From Candidatus Marinacidobacterales bacterium (lineage in GTDB: Bacteria; Acidobacteriota; Vicinamibacteria; Marinacidobacterales; DATDRI01), in contig CBDCNP010000002.1 of assembly GCA_965219415.1 (NCBI GenBank), positions 4,000,001-4,064,000 on the forward strand: 64,000 bases of DNA. Direction: 5' to 3'. Both the position numbers and the translations under genes were made by a program. Of this stretch, positions 9,698-18,878 are shown piece after piece; within the stretch, counting starts at the first letter, position 1; every line of letters begins with the position of its first letter. Below the pieces are notes generated by a model. The model did no database searches. It saw only the letters and a list, made by a program, of their open reading frames with translations, and was not told where the DNA came from.

Positions 9698-11155
9698 ATG
9701 AATACCAATCGTTTGCTGTTGTCGTTCGCGATCATCACCGCTTGTGTCACTCATGCGCGCGCCCAGTCTTTAAAAGAAGTGGCTGACCGCATTATCGCGG
9801 CTTCCGAGAGCAACACTGAGGCACTCCAAAATCTGCAATACCTCAGCGATTGGATCGGCCCTCGTTTGACCGGCTCCGAGCAGGCCGCGGAGGCGGTCGA
9901 GTGGGCCGCCGAGAAGATGCGGAAAGACGGTCTCGAGAACGTCAGGCTTCAGCCGGTAACCGTGCCGCGATGGGTTCGAGGCACGGAGACCGGAGAGCTA
10001 CTCAGTCCATCTCGACAGAAAATGCCGCTCATCGGATTGGGAGGCACGGTGGGCACGCCGCCGGAAGGTATCACCGCCGAGGTTGTAGAAGTCTCGACCT
10101 ACGATGAGCTGGCCGAACTCGGAGACGAGGCCAAGGGGAAGATCATTTACTACCACACGCCTCTCAACCCCCGGCTACATCCGATGGATGCCTATGGCGC
10201 CGCCATCCGTTATCGCAGTCGGGGAGCGGTGGAGGCCGCGCGGTACGGTGCGGTCGCTTCGATGATCCGTTCCTTCGGCACGCGAAGCTTTGGTACGCCG
10301 CACACCGGAGGCACGTACTATTCGGATGATGTCCCGCCTATTCCCCACGTCGCCTTGGCCACCGAGGCCGGGGACTTGATCCATCGCCTGGTGGCTGCCG
10401 GCGAGACGCCGAAGATGCGGCTCGTCGTCACTAGCCGGCCGGAAGATGATGTGGAGTCGGCCAATGTCATCGGGGAGCTTCCCGGAAGGTCGGCTCCAGA
10501 GGAGATCGTGGTGATCGCCGCGCACCTCGATTCCTGGGACGTCGGGACCGGCACCATCGATGCGGGCTTTGCATGCGCCATTGCCATGGAGGTACCGCGT
10601 CTACTCAAAGAGCTGGGCCTGGTGCCCCGCCGAACCATCCGCACGGTGTTGACGATGACGGAGGAGTTGGGAAATCTGGGCGCCAAACGCTATGCGGACT
10701 CATTGAGTGACGAGGAGCTCCGCGCCCATGTTGCAGGGATCGAAGGCGATGCCGGCCCCGATCAGCCCTGGGGGTTCCGGGTCACCCGCGGCGATGCGGC
10801 GGGTGGTACGCGAGGAAGATCACTTGACGGCGCCGACCCCATCGCGAAAAAAATGTTCGCCGCGGTTCAGAAGTGGGCGCAGTTCTTAGAGCCTGTCGGG
10901 GCCACTTGGGTAGACTACGGAGGCATTGAAGGTTCTGGTCCCGATATCGTTCCTCTGGCTCGAAGAGGCGTGCCGGCGATTTCCATGCGCAACGACCAGT
11001 CCCGCTACTTGCACATCCATCACACCGATGGCGACACGTTCGACAAGATCGACCCCCAGAGCTTTCGGCGTAACCTGGCATCGATTGCCTTCATGGCCTA
11101 CGCCCTTGCCGAAAGCGAGGATCTCTCGGAGTCTGGTACGACTAGTGGACAGTAG
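9698..11155 (+). CDS. M28 family metallopeptidase, paralog of 2284..3717
   Basis: AAGGAG RBS and signal peptide; IGPRLTGS, AHLDSWD, TEE, EGDAG, HHTDGDT. Confidence 0.9.
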   Translation: MNTNRLLLSFAIITACVTHARAQSLKEVADRIIAASESNTEALQNLQYLSDWIGPRLTGSEQAAEAVEWAAEKMRKDGLENVRLQPVTVPRWVRGTETGELLSPSRQKMPLIGLGGTVGTPPEGITAEVVEVSTYDELAELGDEAKGKIIYYHTPLNPRLHPMDAYGAAIRYRSRGAVEAARYGAVASMIRSFGTRSFGTPHTGGTYYSDDVPPIPHVALATEAGDLIHRLVAAGETPKMRLVVTSRPEDDVESANVIGELPGRSAPEEIVVIAAHLDSWDVGTGTIDAGFACAIAMEVPRLLKELGLVPRRTIRTVLTMTEELGNLGAKRYADSLSDEELRAHVAGIEGDAGPDQPWGFRVTRGDAAGGTRGRSLDGADPIAKKMFAAVQKWAQFLEPVGATWVDYGGIEGSGPDIVPLARRGVPAISMRNDQSRYLHIHHTDGDTFDKIDPQSFRRNLASIAFMAYALAESEDLSESGTTSGQ

Positions 11156-11208
11156 AATTCCCTCGGTAAGAGTGTCGAGGATCTTGAAGCCATAAAGGAG
11201 GCACAAAG

Positions 11209-11628
11209 ATGAAGAGACTCGTTGGCTTGCTCCTGCTGCTCGCGATGGCATCCGTCGGCTCAGTGGTCGCAGACGGTCAGGATTTGGTTGGGGTGTGGAA
11301 GCCGCTCAACTACCACATCGCGGGGAAGGATCACCCTATGGAGGGACTCTTCATCTTCACCGAGAACCACTTCGCAACCAACGTCCGCTATCAACAAACG
11401 AGCATGGAGCTTGATGACAGCAACGCGAACGCAGGCACCTACCGTACCGAAGGTAACAAGTTGCTTTTAACCTCCGACCTCGCTGCCCACATTCGTCCCG
11501 GCAAGAAGGAAGAGCCCATCCACTACAATCGAGGCGGCGTGGACGCGTCGACGTACGAAATCAAAGGGGACAAGCTCATCATCACGTTCCCGTCGAAAAA
11601 TCGATACGAAGCGGAACGGGTGAAATAA
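11209..11628 (+). CDS. Exported single-domain lipocalin-like protein
   Basis: AAGGAGG RBS and signal peptide. LVGVWK..EGLFIFT..AGTYRTEG resembles one repeat of the proteins at 701 and 1474. Confidence 0.72.
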   Translation: MKRLVGLLLLLAMASVGSVVADGQDLVGVWKPLNYHIAGKDHPMEGLFIFTENHFATNVRYQQTSMELDDSNANAGTYRTEGNKLLLTSDLAAHIRPGKKEEPIHYNRGGVDASTYEIKGDKLIITFPSKNRYEAERVK

Positions 11629-11644
11629 CACGCTTGTTTCCTTG

Positions 11645-13987
11645 CTATCGCGGCCCTCGCCCAAGGTGCGTGCCGAAATAGCCGACCAGCTTTCTCAAGC
11701 CAAACAACGAAACGTAGTCTTTGGTCCCCCATTCGTGCACGGCGGCCGGAAGGACGACGAAGTCGAAGTCTTTCTCCAACATCATCAGCTTTTCGGCCAG
11801 CACCACCGAGTCCTTGAACAGCACGATGTTATCCTGCATCCCGTGTATGATCATCAGGTGGTCCTCCAGGTCTTCGCCATAGTTAATCGCGGAGACCTTT
11901 CGGTAAACCTCGGGGTGCGTGTTCGGTCGCCCGGCCACGTTCACTTGGGCGGTCATGGCATGGGTGATGTGGGTAGCGGGTGCTGAAGCGACTCCAGCCG
12001 CATAGACCCCCGGCTTCTTGAAGAGGGACAACGCGGTCATCAAACCGCCGTAGCTGCTACCCCATATCCCGATGCGATCTGGATCCACGTACGGGAGGGT
12101 CAGAAGATGCTGCACGCCGCTATGTATGTCTTCGATGTCGATACCGCCGTAGTCTCGAAAGAGCTTTTCACGGAAGGCACGCCCGTATCCGACCGTGCCC
12201 CGAACATCGACCAGCAGCCCAATGTACTCCCCTTCGAGCGTGAAATACTGTTGGAGCGTGCTATATAAGCCCCTCCATTCTTCCGCGTCACCCCACCTGC
12301 TTTTCACCGAGTTTGGATACACCGGGCCGACAATGACCGGATATTTCTTGGAGCGGTCCAGATTCCGGGGCTCGAGGATCCGCCCATGCACCGTGACCCC
12401 GTCCACGTGGCTTGGAAAAGTGACGTAGCGGGGCTCAATCCAATCGTGGTCGTAAAAATCCTTTGGCGGTGAATGCGTTACTCTTCTCTCGGGCTCCCCT
12501 CCCCGGCTGTTCACAATATAGAGCTCGGTAGGAGTGAGGTCGTTAGAGTGAAGAAGTACCAACTTTGAGGCGTCGGGCGCCCAGTACGGATGGTGCACTC
12601 CGGGTAGCGTCGTCACCTGCACGATCTCGCCGCCCTTCTCGGGCATGCGGTAGACATGCCTTTCATAGGGAGACTTCTTATTGGCAACGAAGTAGACCTT
12701 TTTGCTAGAAGGTGAAACGAAGATGGTCGCTGCGCCGGCCTCACCGATGACACTCCAGTCTCCCTGGGTGAGTCGCTTTGGCTTTCGTGTTCCCAGTGGC
12801 AACTCGTAGAGATGATGGCGATCGTCTTTGTCGGAAATGAAGATTATTCCTCGCCCGTCGCTCTGCCAGGCAGAGTTCCAATGCTGGGTGGTCCTGGTCG
12901 CCCGATAGTCGTGCCAGATCTCCTGTAACGAGCCGTCTCTCGGATCGGCGAGCAAGATCCATCGATTCTCCGCACTTTGATCGTACCGATCGACCAACAG
13001 GTGACTATCATCAGGCGACCAGCCGTAGCTAGCAATGCTACGGTCGGTGTTGTCCGGAAGATTCAACCTCACCAGGCGACCGACGGAGACCGAATAGATA
13101 GCGATGTCCATCCCGTGGTCGTTGTCCCCAGGGTAGTCGCGGCGGAGTAAGTCCACGTCGGTCTCTTCACCCAGATAGTTCGGGATCATGACTTTACGGA
13201 TACTGCGGCGATCTTCGATGTGGAGCGCAACATGTACGCCGTGAGGCGACCATCGATAGGAGCTCACTTCCACATCCGGACGAGAGTACCCCGGTCCGCA
13301 GCAGGTATTGAGTGGTGAACGGCCGACCGCAGGCCCGGCCAGCTGGGTCGCTTGGACGACCTCGTCAGTTTCGCGATTCCACAACCACAGATCTCCTTTC
13401 TGAAGATAAGAAAGAAACTTCCCGTCGGGAGAAAACGACAGGAGGTACTTGTCGCCGGGGGAGCGAGTGAGCCGTTTGAGATCGGTTCCATCCGGATTGA
13501 CCTGGAATAAATCGTCCCCGCCCTCCGGCATGGGCGCTCCCGAGCGGTTCCTAGGCACGTCCATCCCGCGGGTCTGGATCGTGAAAATCAGCGCGTCACC
13601 GTTCGGTGTCCAAATCGCCTCCGCGACACCTCGATGCTGGCGCGCGGTGACTCTTTCAGCGAGCGCCATGCTCTCGCTATCGGAGCCGTAGAGCTCCGCC
13701 AGGTCAGAGGACATGTTGGTGACCCGTTGTGGGTTCGTCCCATCAGCTGACACCACCCAAACGTCTCGGAACGGCATCGCCTGGTCGTTCCACAAAAACG
13801 CCAGGCGTGTACTATCCGGCGACCAGGCGGGGTTCGACGGCGCCGTGCCGCTCAAGTATGGCAGCGAGCCAATGCGCTCAACGGTCAGATGGGGGTGCTC
13901 AGCATTCAGCGACCCTTGCAGGGAAAGGAAAAAAAACACCACACCGTAACCGCTTGCCGCACGTGACGTTCTTACGTTGGCCGACAT
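11645..13987 (-). CDS. S9 family serine peptidase (DPP IV-like: beta-propeller plus alpha/beta hydrolase)
   Basis: WSPD repeats, nucleophile GIWGSSYGG, HGMQD, AVHEW. Confidence 0.92.
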   Translation of the reverse strand: MSANVRTSRAASGYGVVFFFLSLQGSLNAEHPHLTVERIGSLPYLSGTAPSNPAWSPDSTRLAFLWNDQAMPFRDVWVVSADGTNPQRVTNMSSDLAELYGSDSESMALAERVTARQHRGVAEAIWTPNGDALIFTIQTRGMDVPRNRSGAPMPEGGDDLFQVNPDGTDLKRLTRSPGDKYLLSFSPDGKFLSYLQKGDLWLWNRETDEVVQATQLAGPAVGRSPLNTCCGPGYSRPDVEVSSYRWSPHGVHVALHIEDRRSIRKVMIPNYLGEETDVDLLRRDYPGDNDHGMDIAIYSVSVGRLVRLNLPDNTDRSIASYGWSPDDSHLLVDRYDQSAENRWILLADPRDGSLQEIWHDYRATRTTQHWNSAWQSDGRGIIFISDKDDRHHLYELPLGTRKPKRLTQGDWSVIGEAGAATIFVSPSSKKVYFVANKKSPYERHVYRMPEKGGEIVQVTTLPGVHHPYWAPDASKLVLLHSNDLTPTELYIVNSRGGEPERRVTHSPPKDFYDHDWIEPRYVTFPSHVDGVTVHGRILEPRNLDRSKKYPVIVGPVYPNSVKSRWGDAEEWRGLYSTLQQYFTLEGEYIGLLVDVRGTVGYGRAFREKLFRDYGGIDIEDIHSGVQHLLTLPYVDPDRIGIWGSSYGGLMTALSLFKKPGVYAAGVASAPATHITHAMTAQVNVAGRPNTHPEVYRKVSAINYGEDLEDHLMIIHGMQDNIVLFKDSVVLAEKLMMLEKDFDFVVLPAAVHEWGTKDYVSLFGLRKLVGYFGTHLGRGPR

Positions 13988-14069
13988 ACCGGTCCTCCTT
14001 CCGAATTGGTCCTCGGAGCGACAACTTCCCTCAGTTCATGCAACATCCGGGAGGCGATTCCAGAACGGC

Positions 14070-14097
14070 AGAGAGGATAGAAGGATCTATCCTCTCT
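14070..14097. repeat. 12-bp perfect hairpin in the intergenic region
   Basis: AGAGAGGATAGA-agga-TCTATCCTCTCT. Confidence 0.7.
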
Positions 14098-14122
14098 CAG
14101 TCAGGGTCTTCCGTTGAGCAAG

Positions 14123-14155
14123 CCCACCCTCACCCGCGGTGCGGGTGAGGGTGGG
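14123..14155 (-). terminator. 15-bp GC-rich stem-loop after the TonB receptor (terminator or mRNA stabiliser)
   Basis: CCCACCCTCACCCGC-ggt-GCGGGTGAGGGTGGG, about 40 bp downstream of the receptor stop. No strong U-tract. Confidence 0.55.
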
Positions 14156-14193
14156 TCAACCCCAAGAGCTATAGGGCTTGAAGCGCGCCAGGG

Positions 14194-17115
14194 TTAGAAG
14201 TCAAACCTTATACCCATGCGCAGCACCCGCGGTTTCAAAAGCTCGGCCGGAGTCAGATATTTCGGATCGTCAAGCCGAAGGGCGTTCAACCTAATCACCG
14301 TGCCTGAATTGAAGACATTGAAAATGTCGGCAATTAACGCCACACCAGCATCTCCGCCAACAGGAAATCGGTATTGGACCCGCAGATCGAGAAGAGTCTC
14401 GACGTCGAACGTTCTAGTGCCAGCGGGTTCACCGGCGACGTCGATAAAAGTCTCGGAGAGGATTTGGGGGAAATCACTTGCGAAGATGCGCACCTCGGTC
14501 GCCCCTCTCGGAGACTCCTGGTTGAATCCTTGATAATTATTCGTGATGGGGAAGCCGCTCAGCACCTCCAGGAATCCGCTGAAAAGCAATCCAAAGGAAG
14601 TCTGGTAGGTGGCCTGCAGTTTAAATTGGTGACGCCGGTCCATCGCAAGATCCCCGTCCCTGTTGATGAAAAAATTGGGGTTGGTGTAGTCCGCCCATGT
14701 GGAGCCCGCGAACGAGTTCGATACATTCCCGTGCCCCCGACCGAGAACGTAAGAGGTCGAAAGTTGCCAGTTGTCACTCATCCTCTTGTTGAGGACGACC
14801 TCCACGCCGTCGTACTTCCGCGTCAGCGGTGCCGGATCGCCGGGTCGGTCACCCGGATTGGTCTGACGGATCGCCGGCCGCCGGCCCAAGAATTCGGTTG
14901 GAAGCGTAAAGATTTCCAGTGGCTGGCCATTCAGCGGATTAGTCACGGTGATCCGTTGGTAAGCCGAGATTGGAACCGCGTCGTTGACAAAGCCGATGAG
15001 GTCGCCGTCGCGCTTGAAAATCCCTGTGGCTGAAAGAACCCACTCCTCACCGATCAGGTGTTGAAACCCTATCGTATAGACGTCGGTGTACTGGTTTTTC
15101 AAATTTGGATCGGCGGTTGGAAAGGCCGTCGGGTCTGGACGAGTGTCGCGTCTTAGCAGCGTCTCTTCCCCCTGTTGCCACACACGGTCCCCGTTTCGAT
15201 CCTCCCAGTCGAACTCGCGAAAGGCCAAAACAGCGGGGTTGATGTCGCCCAGCCAGAGGGCCAAGGGTTGGCTGTAATATCGTCCGGCGCTCCCCTTGAT
15301 GGTCGTTCTGTTACTCCCGTTGATATCCCATACCACGCCCAACCTCGGAGCTACGTTATTGAAAGTAATGATACCGCTCTGCTCAGGAAAGACCTGTAGA
15401 GGCTCAAAGGCTCCACCTCCGACGCTCGACTCGTTAACCGTCCCGCTCGAGTGATCGTACCGGACACCAAGATTCAATGTCACCCGTTCTCGCAAAACCC
15501 ACTGGTCCTGAAAATAAGCGTTCCAAATATTAAACTCGTACTTCCTGTCGGACGGAGAGTTGTAGAGCGAAACCCGGAACGGTTCCCCGTCGAAAAGAAA
15601 ATGCTGGACGTCTGGCGTGTCGGAAATGCAGGCCTCACTGCAACCCGTTAGCTCATTTTCGCCTCGAGCCCCTTGGAGAAAGGCTAGGGCCAAGTTCGGC
15701 GTGTTCATCCACTTGATTCCCCCCTTAAATTCATGGCTTCCGCCAGCCCAATTCTCCTTGAAGTGGGTCAGGTCTGCCCTAGCCTGATGTCGGTTCCGCT
15801 CAACTCTGCCGATGGTATGAAAGTCGCCGCCACTGATGATACCGGTCGAGAGGTCTATATAAGATGTGGAGCCATCGTTGTTCGGGTTGCTCACCGGAAT
15901 ATGGTAATATCCGAGGGCTCCCCGAACCTCTAAAAGTGTGCTCTCGTTGATGACACTGGTCCATTGCACCGATGGGATGCGGTTTGTCTTTACAAGACCC
16001 ATCCACGTGCGCGGGTCGTCTGCGTTGCGGAAGCTAGCGGTGGCTGTGAAGGGGAAGTTCGTAAAGACCCTGCGGTTGTATGACGCCATCAGTGTGTTTG
16101 AGTCAGAGAGCTTTACGGTTCCTTTCACAAACAACTGTTTCTCTTCGTTGCCTAGTGCGACTGGGAAATCCGACTTGATCTCCTGCAAATCCTGATACCG
16201 ATAATTTGCAAAAAACCAGGCCTTTTCCCTCTTAATTGGGCCTCCTATGAAACCGGAGACGTCGTAGACGTGCTCGAATCCGCTCGCGACCGAGAGTCCT
16301 TGTTGCTTTAGGTCGTCCGAGACATTATCGGCCTCAGTGCTCCTATTCTGAAAATAGAAGCTTGCTCCCCCGCTGAATCGGTCACCGCCCGATTTGGTGA
16401 TGTAGTTGAAAACGGCTCCGCTGGCATCGCCATACTCGGCAGTAATGCCCGCTGTCGTTAGTTGGATTTCTTGGATGGTGTCGACCGACAATTGCGTGGA
16501 GGTAGCACCGGTTAGAGAGTCGTTCGTATAGATGCCGTCCAGGCTGTATTCGTTCTGACGCACGCTTCCGCCATGAACGACATTGATGGGAGAAAAGTTG
16601 TAGTTGGCATCCACCACACCGGGGAGGAGGTTCAAGATCTTGGTGTAGTCTCTGTCGTAGGGTACGTTCTCCAGGGTCTCCGGATCGGCGAAGTTGACGA
16701 GTCCCGAGGTACGGGTATCGATCAGGGGGGCTTCGCCGGTCACGGTCACGGCTTCCTGCACCCCGGCCAGTTGGAGTGCGACGACTACGGGGAGGGATTG
16801 TCCGGCCAACAGGAGAATCCCCTCACGCTTCTGGGACTGGAATCCCTGGAGGTCGAAGCTAACGCTGTACGTTCCTGGGCTGAGGTTGACGAACCGGTAG
16901 GTCCCGTCTGCCCCCGTCGCCCGAACCTGTTGCCCCCCGAGAAGCTGCGGGCTAGCCACCGTCACGCTGACCCCCGGTAACCGCGCGCCCGTCCCGTCAG
17001 AGACGGTTCCAAAGATGGAGCCGGCCACTTGCTGAGCCCCTGCCGTGTGAGCTGTTACCCAGCCCAGTGCGAGACAACCTAACAGAAGAAACAATTCGCG
17101 GGTTCTAACATTCAT
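14194..17115 (-). CDS. TonB-dependent receptor with N-terminal carboxypeptidase-regulatory-like domain (Oar-like)
   Basis: Signal peptide; GTVSDGTGARLPGVSVT, TGADGTYRF, plug AEYGDASG, QDQW..TLNLGVRYD, APRLG, C-terminal RFDF. Confidence 0.93.
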   Translation of the reverse strand: MNVRTRELFLLLGCLALGWVTAHTAGAQQVAGSIFGTVSDGTGARLPGVSVTVASPQLLGGQQVRATGADGTYRFVNLSPGTYSVSFDLQGFQSQKREGILLLAGQSLPVVVALQLAGVQEAVTVTGEAPLIDTRTSGLVNFADPETLENVPYDRDYTKILNLLPGVVDANYNFSPINVVHGGSVRQNEYSLDGIYTNDSLTGATSTQLSVDTIQEIQLTTAGITAEYGDASGAVFNYITKSGGDRFSGGASFYFQNRSTEADNVSDDLKQQGLSVASGFEHVYDVSGFIGGPIKREKAWFFANYRYQDLQEIKSDFPVALGNEEKQLFVKGTVKLSDSNTLMASYNRRVFTNFPFTATASFRNADDPRTWMGLVKTNRIPSVQWTSVINESTLLEVRGALGYYHIPVSNPNNDGSTSYIDLSTGIISGGDFHTIGRVERNRHQARADLTHFKENWAGGSHEFKGGIKWMNTPNLALAFLQGARGENELTGCSEACISDTPDVQHFLFDGEPFRVSLYNSPSDRKYEFNIWNAYFQDQWVLRERVTLNLGVRYDHSSGTVNESSVGGGAFEPLQVFPEQSGIITFNNVAPRLGVVWDINGSNRTTIKGSAGRYYSQPLALWLGDINPAVLAFREFDWEDRNGDRVWQQGEETLLRRDTRPDPTAFPTADPNLKNQYTDVYTIGFQHLIGEEWVLSATGIFKRDGDLIGFVNDAVPISAYQRITVTNPLNGQPLEIFTLPTEFLGRRPAIRQTNPGDRPGDPAPLTRKYDGVEVVLNKRMSDNWQLSTSYVLGRGHGNVSNSFAGSTWADYTNPNFFINRDGDLAMDRRHQFKLQATYQTSFGLLFSGFLEVLSGFPITNNYQGFNQESPRGATEVRIFASDFPQILSETFIDVAGEPAGTRTFDVETLLDLRVQYRFPVGGDAGVALIADIFNVFNSGTVIRLNALRLDDPKYLTPAELLKPRVLRMGIRFDF

Positions 17116-17532
17116 TACAACCCTCCTGTTCTAGAAAGGTGATTGATTAATTTTGAGGAGGACTCGCAAGGAGTGGATGCTTAAAGTACACTGCCACGCG
17201 AAAGCATACTGCATACTGCATGCCAGGCGAAAAAAGTAAGGCTTTGTGCTGTAAACTCTTCGGACGCTTTACGTTACAGTTCGTTCCCCAAAGGCTCATC
17301 ACAACGAAAGATCCATCCCGCTGGATCATGTCCACCGGGCCTAGCCCCCCCTCAACCGCTTCCGACACCAATCCCGAAGTGGCTCCCTTGTAGGTAACCG
17401 CGAGAAAAGGAGTTAACTACCAGGAGTCAACGGCGGAACGTCCCGAACGCCATCATTCAAATTGTCGGATCTTTCACGTACGAGTTTTCGTATTCCCAGG
17501 CCTCCGGAGCTCGAGCACGGGATCTGGAAGAA

Positions 17533-18774
17533 TTAGCGGCGGTCCTTGAACACATGCCCCTCCTTCATGACGAAACTCACTTCCTTTAGCGTACGAACGT
17601 TCTCGAGCGGGTTTTCGGGAGTCGCGATCAGGTCCGCCGCGAGGCCAGGTTTGATCGCGCCTCGGGTATCCTCGACGCCCAACATCCGGGCGGCATTTGT
17701 CGTCATGGACCGGAGAATGGCTGTTGCCGGTAGCCCCGCTTCGACGTAGTTATCGATGATGGATATTCCTAGGCGTCCTCGGGTCTGGCCGGGCACCACG
17801 ACGCCGACATCCGCGCCGAAGGCCAGCGTCACCCCCGCGTCGTACATGCGCCTGAGCTCTCCGAGTCGTTCTCGGTATTGTTTTTCCGGGTTCGGAATGT
17901 TTCTTTCCTCGAGCATGACGAGCGTGTCCAGGTTGGGGATGACGGTAACCCCTTTTTCCTTGATGAGACGAAGGGTGTCATCTGACACAAAAAGAGCGGG
18001 CTCCACGGAACCCACACCCCCCTCGACGACGACACGCACACCTCGGTCGGTTGCGGCGTAGGCGGCCACTTGAAGGCCGGCCCTGGAAACCTCTTCCACG
18101 ACAAACTGCACGTCTTCGACCGAGTACATGTAGGGCTCGTAGTCGATCGCGATCTTGATGACCTTGGCACCGAAATGGATGTTCTCGCGGATAGCCTTCT
18201 TCAGCTCATCCTTGGTATCCGCATGCAGATAATCGGGGGCGGAAGAATACCGACCCTCTCGATGAACGGGAAGTCCACCGCCAAAAGGAGCGAGCAGGCG
18301 GCCGGAATTGATGATCGTCGGTCCCGGCACTACGCCGTTCTCGACGGCCTGCCGTACGTCGGTGTCGGCGTAGTGTCCCCCCACACCATCGTCACGAATG
18401 GTCGTGAACCCGGCTTCCAGGATTTCCCGGGCGTACGCGACGCCCAGAATCGCCCGGTAGCCGGTGGTCATCGTCATGAGGTTGACGAACAGATCTCTGG
18501 TCTTGGTGTAGTGGGCACAGATATGCGTGTGGCAATCGAAGAGTCCCGGCATCACGGTGCTATCCGATAGATCTATCACCTTGGATCCCGGCGGAATCGC
18601 GATATCGGTCCCTACCTCTCGGATGGTGCCGCCCTCGACGAGGATGACCACGTTGCTGGTGGCGGTACCGCTTTCTGGATCCACCAAATTGCCTGCCTTG
18701 ACCGCGGTCACCTGAGCTTCGGAAGCTGGGGCACCTAGAATCAGTAGGCTTAGTAACAACAGGCTCTGTTTCAT
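17533..18774 (-). CDS. Exported prolidase-like amidohydrolase with a degenerate second metal site
   Basis: Signal peptide; PGLFDCHTH, VIKI, FGAD. Has VAAYA and SVEPA where the family has VAAHA and SIEHG. Confidence 0.87.
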   Translation of the reverse strand: MKQSLLLLSLLILGAPASEAQVTAVKAGNLVDPESGTATSNVVILVEGGTIREVGTDIAIPPGSKVIDLSDSTVMPGLFDCHTHICAHYTKTRDLFVNLMTMTTGYRAILGVAYAREILEAGFTTIRDDGVGGHYADTDVRQAVENGVVPGPTIINSGRLLAPFGGGLPVHREGRYSSAPDYLHADTKDELKKAIRENIHFGAKVIKIAIDYEPYMYSVEDVQFVVEEVSRAGLQVAAYAATDRGVRVVVEGGVGSVEPALFVSDDTLRLIKEKGVTVIPNLDTLVMLEERNIPNPEKQYRERLGELRRMYDAGVTLAFGADVGVVVPGQTRGRLGISIIDNYVEAGLPATAILRSMTTNAARMLGVEDTRGAIKPGLAADLIATPENPLENVRTLKEVSFVMKEGHVFKDRR

Positions 18775-18878
18775 TGTCCTCTCCTTCCACTGTTCGGCAG
18801 GGTCGCCCTTGAATTTCTATATAGAAACTGATATGCCTAACACAACTACGGTTTTTCGGCCATTCGCTAGGGGGCAGC

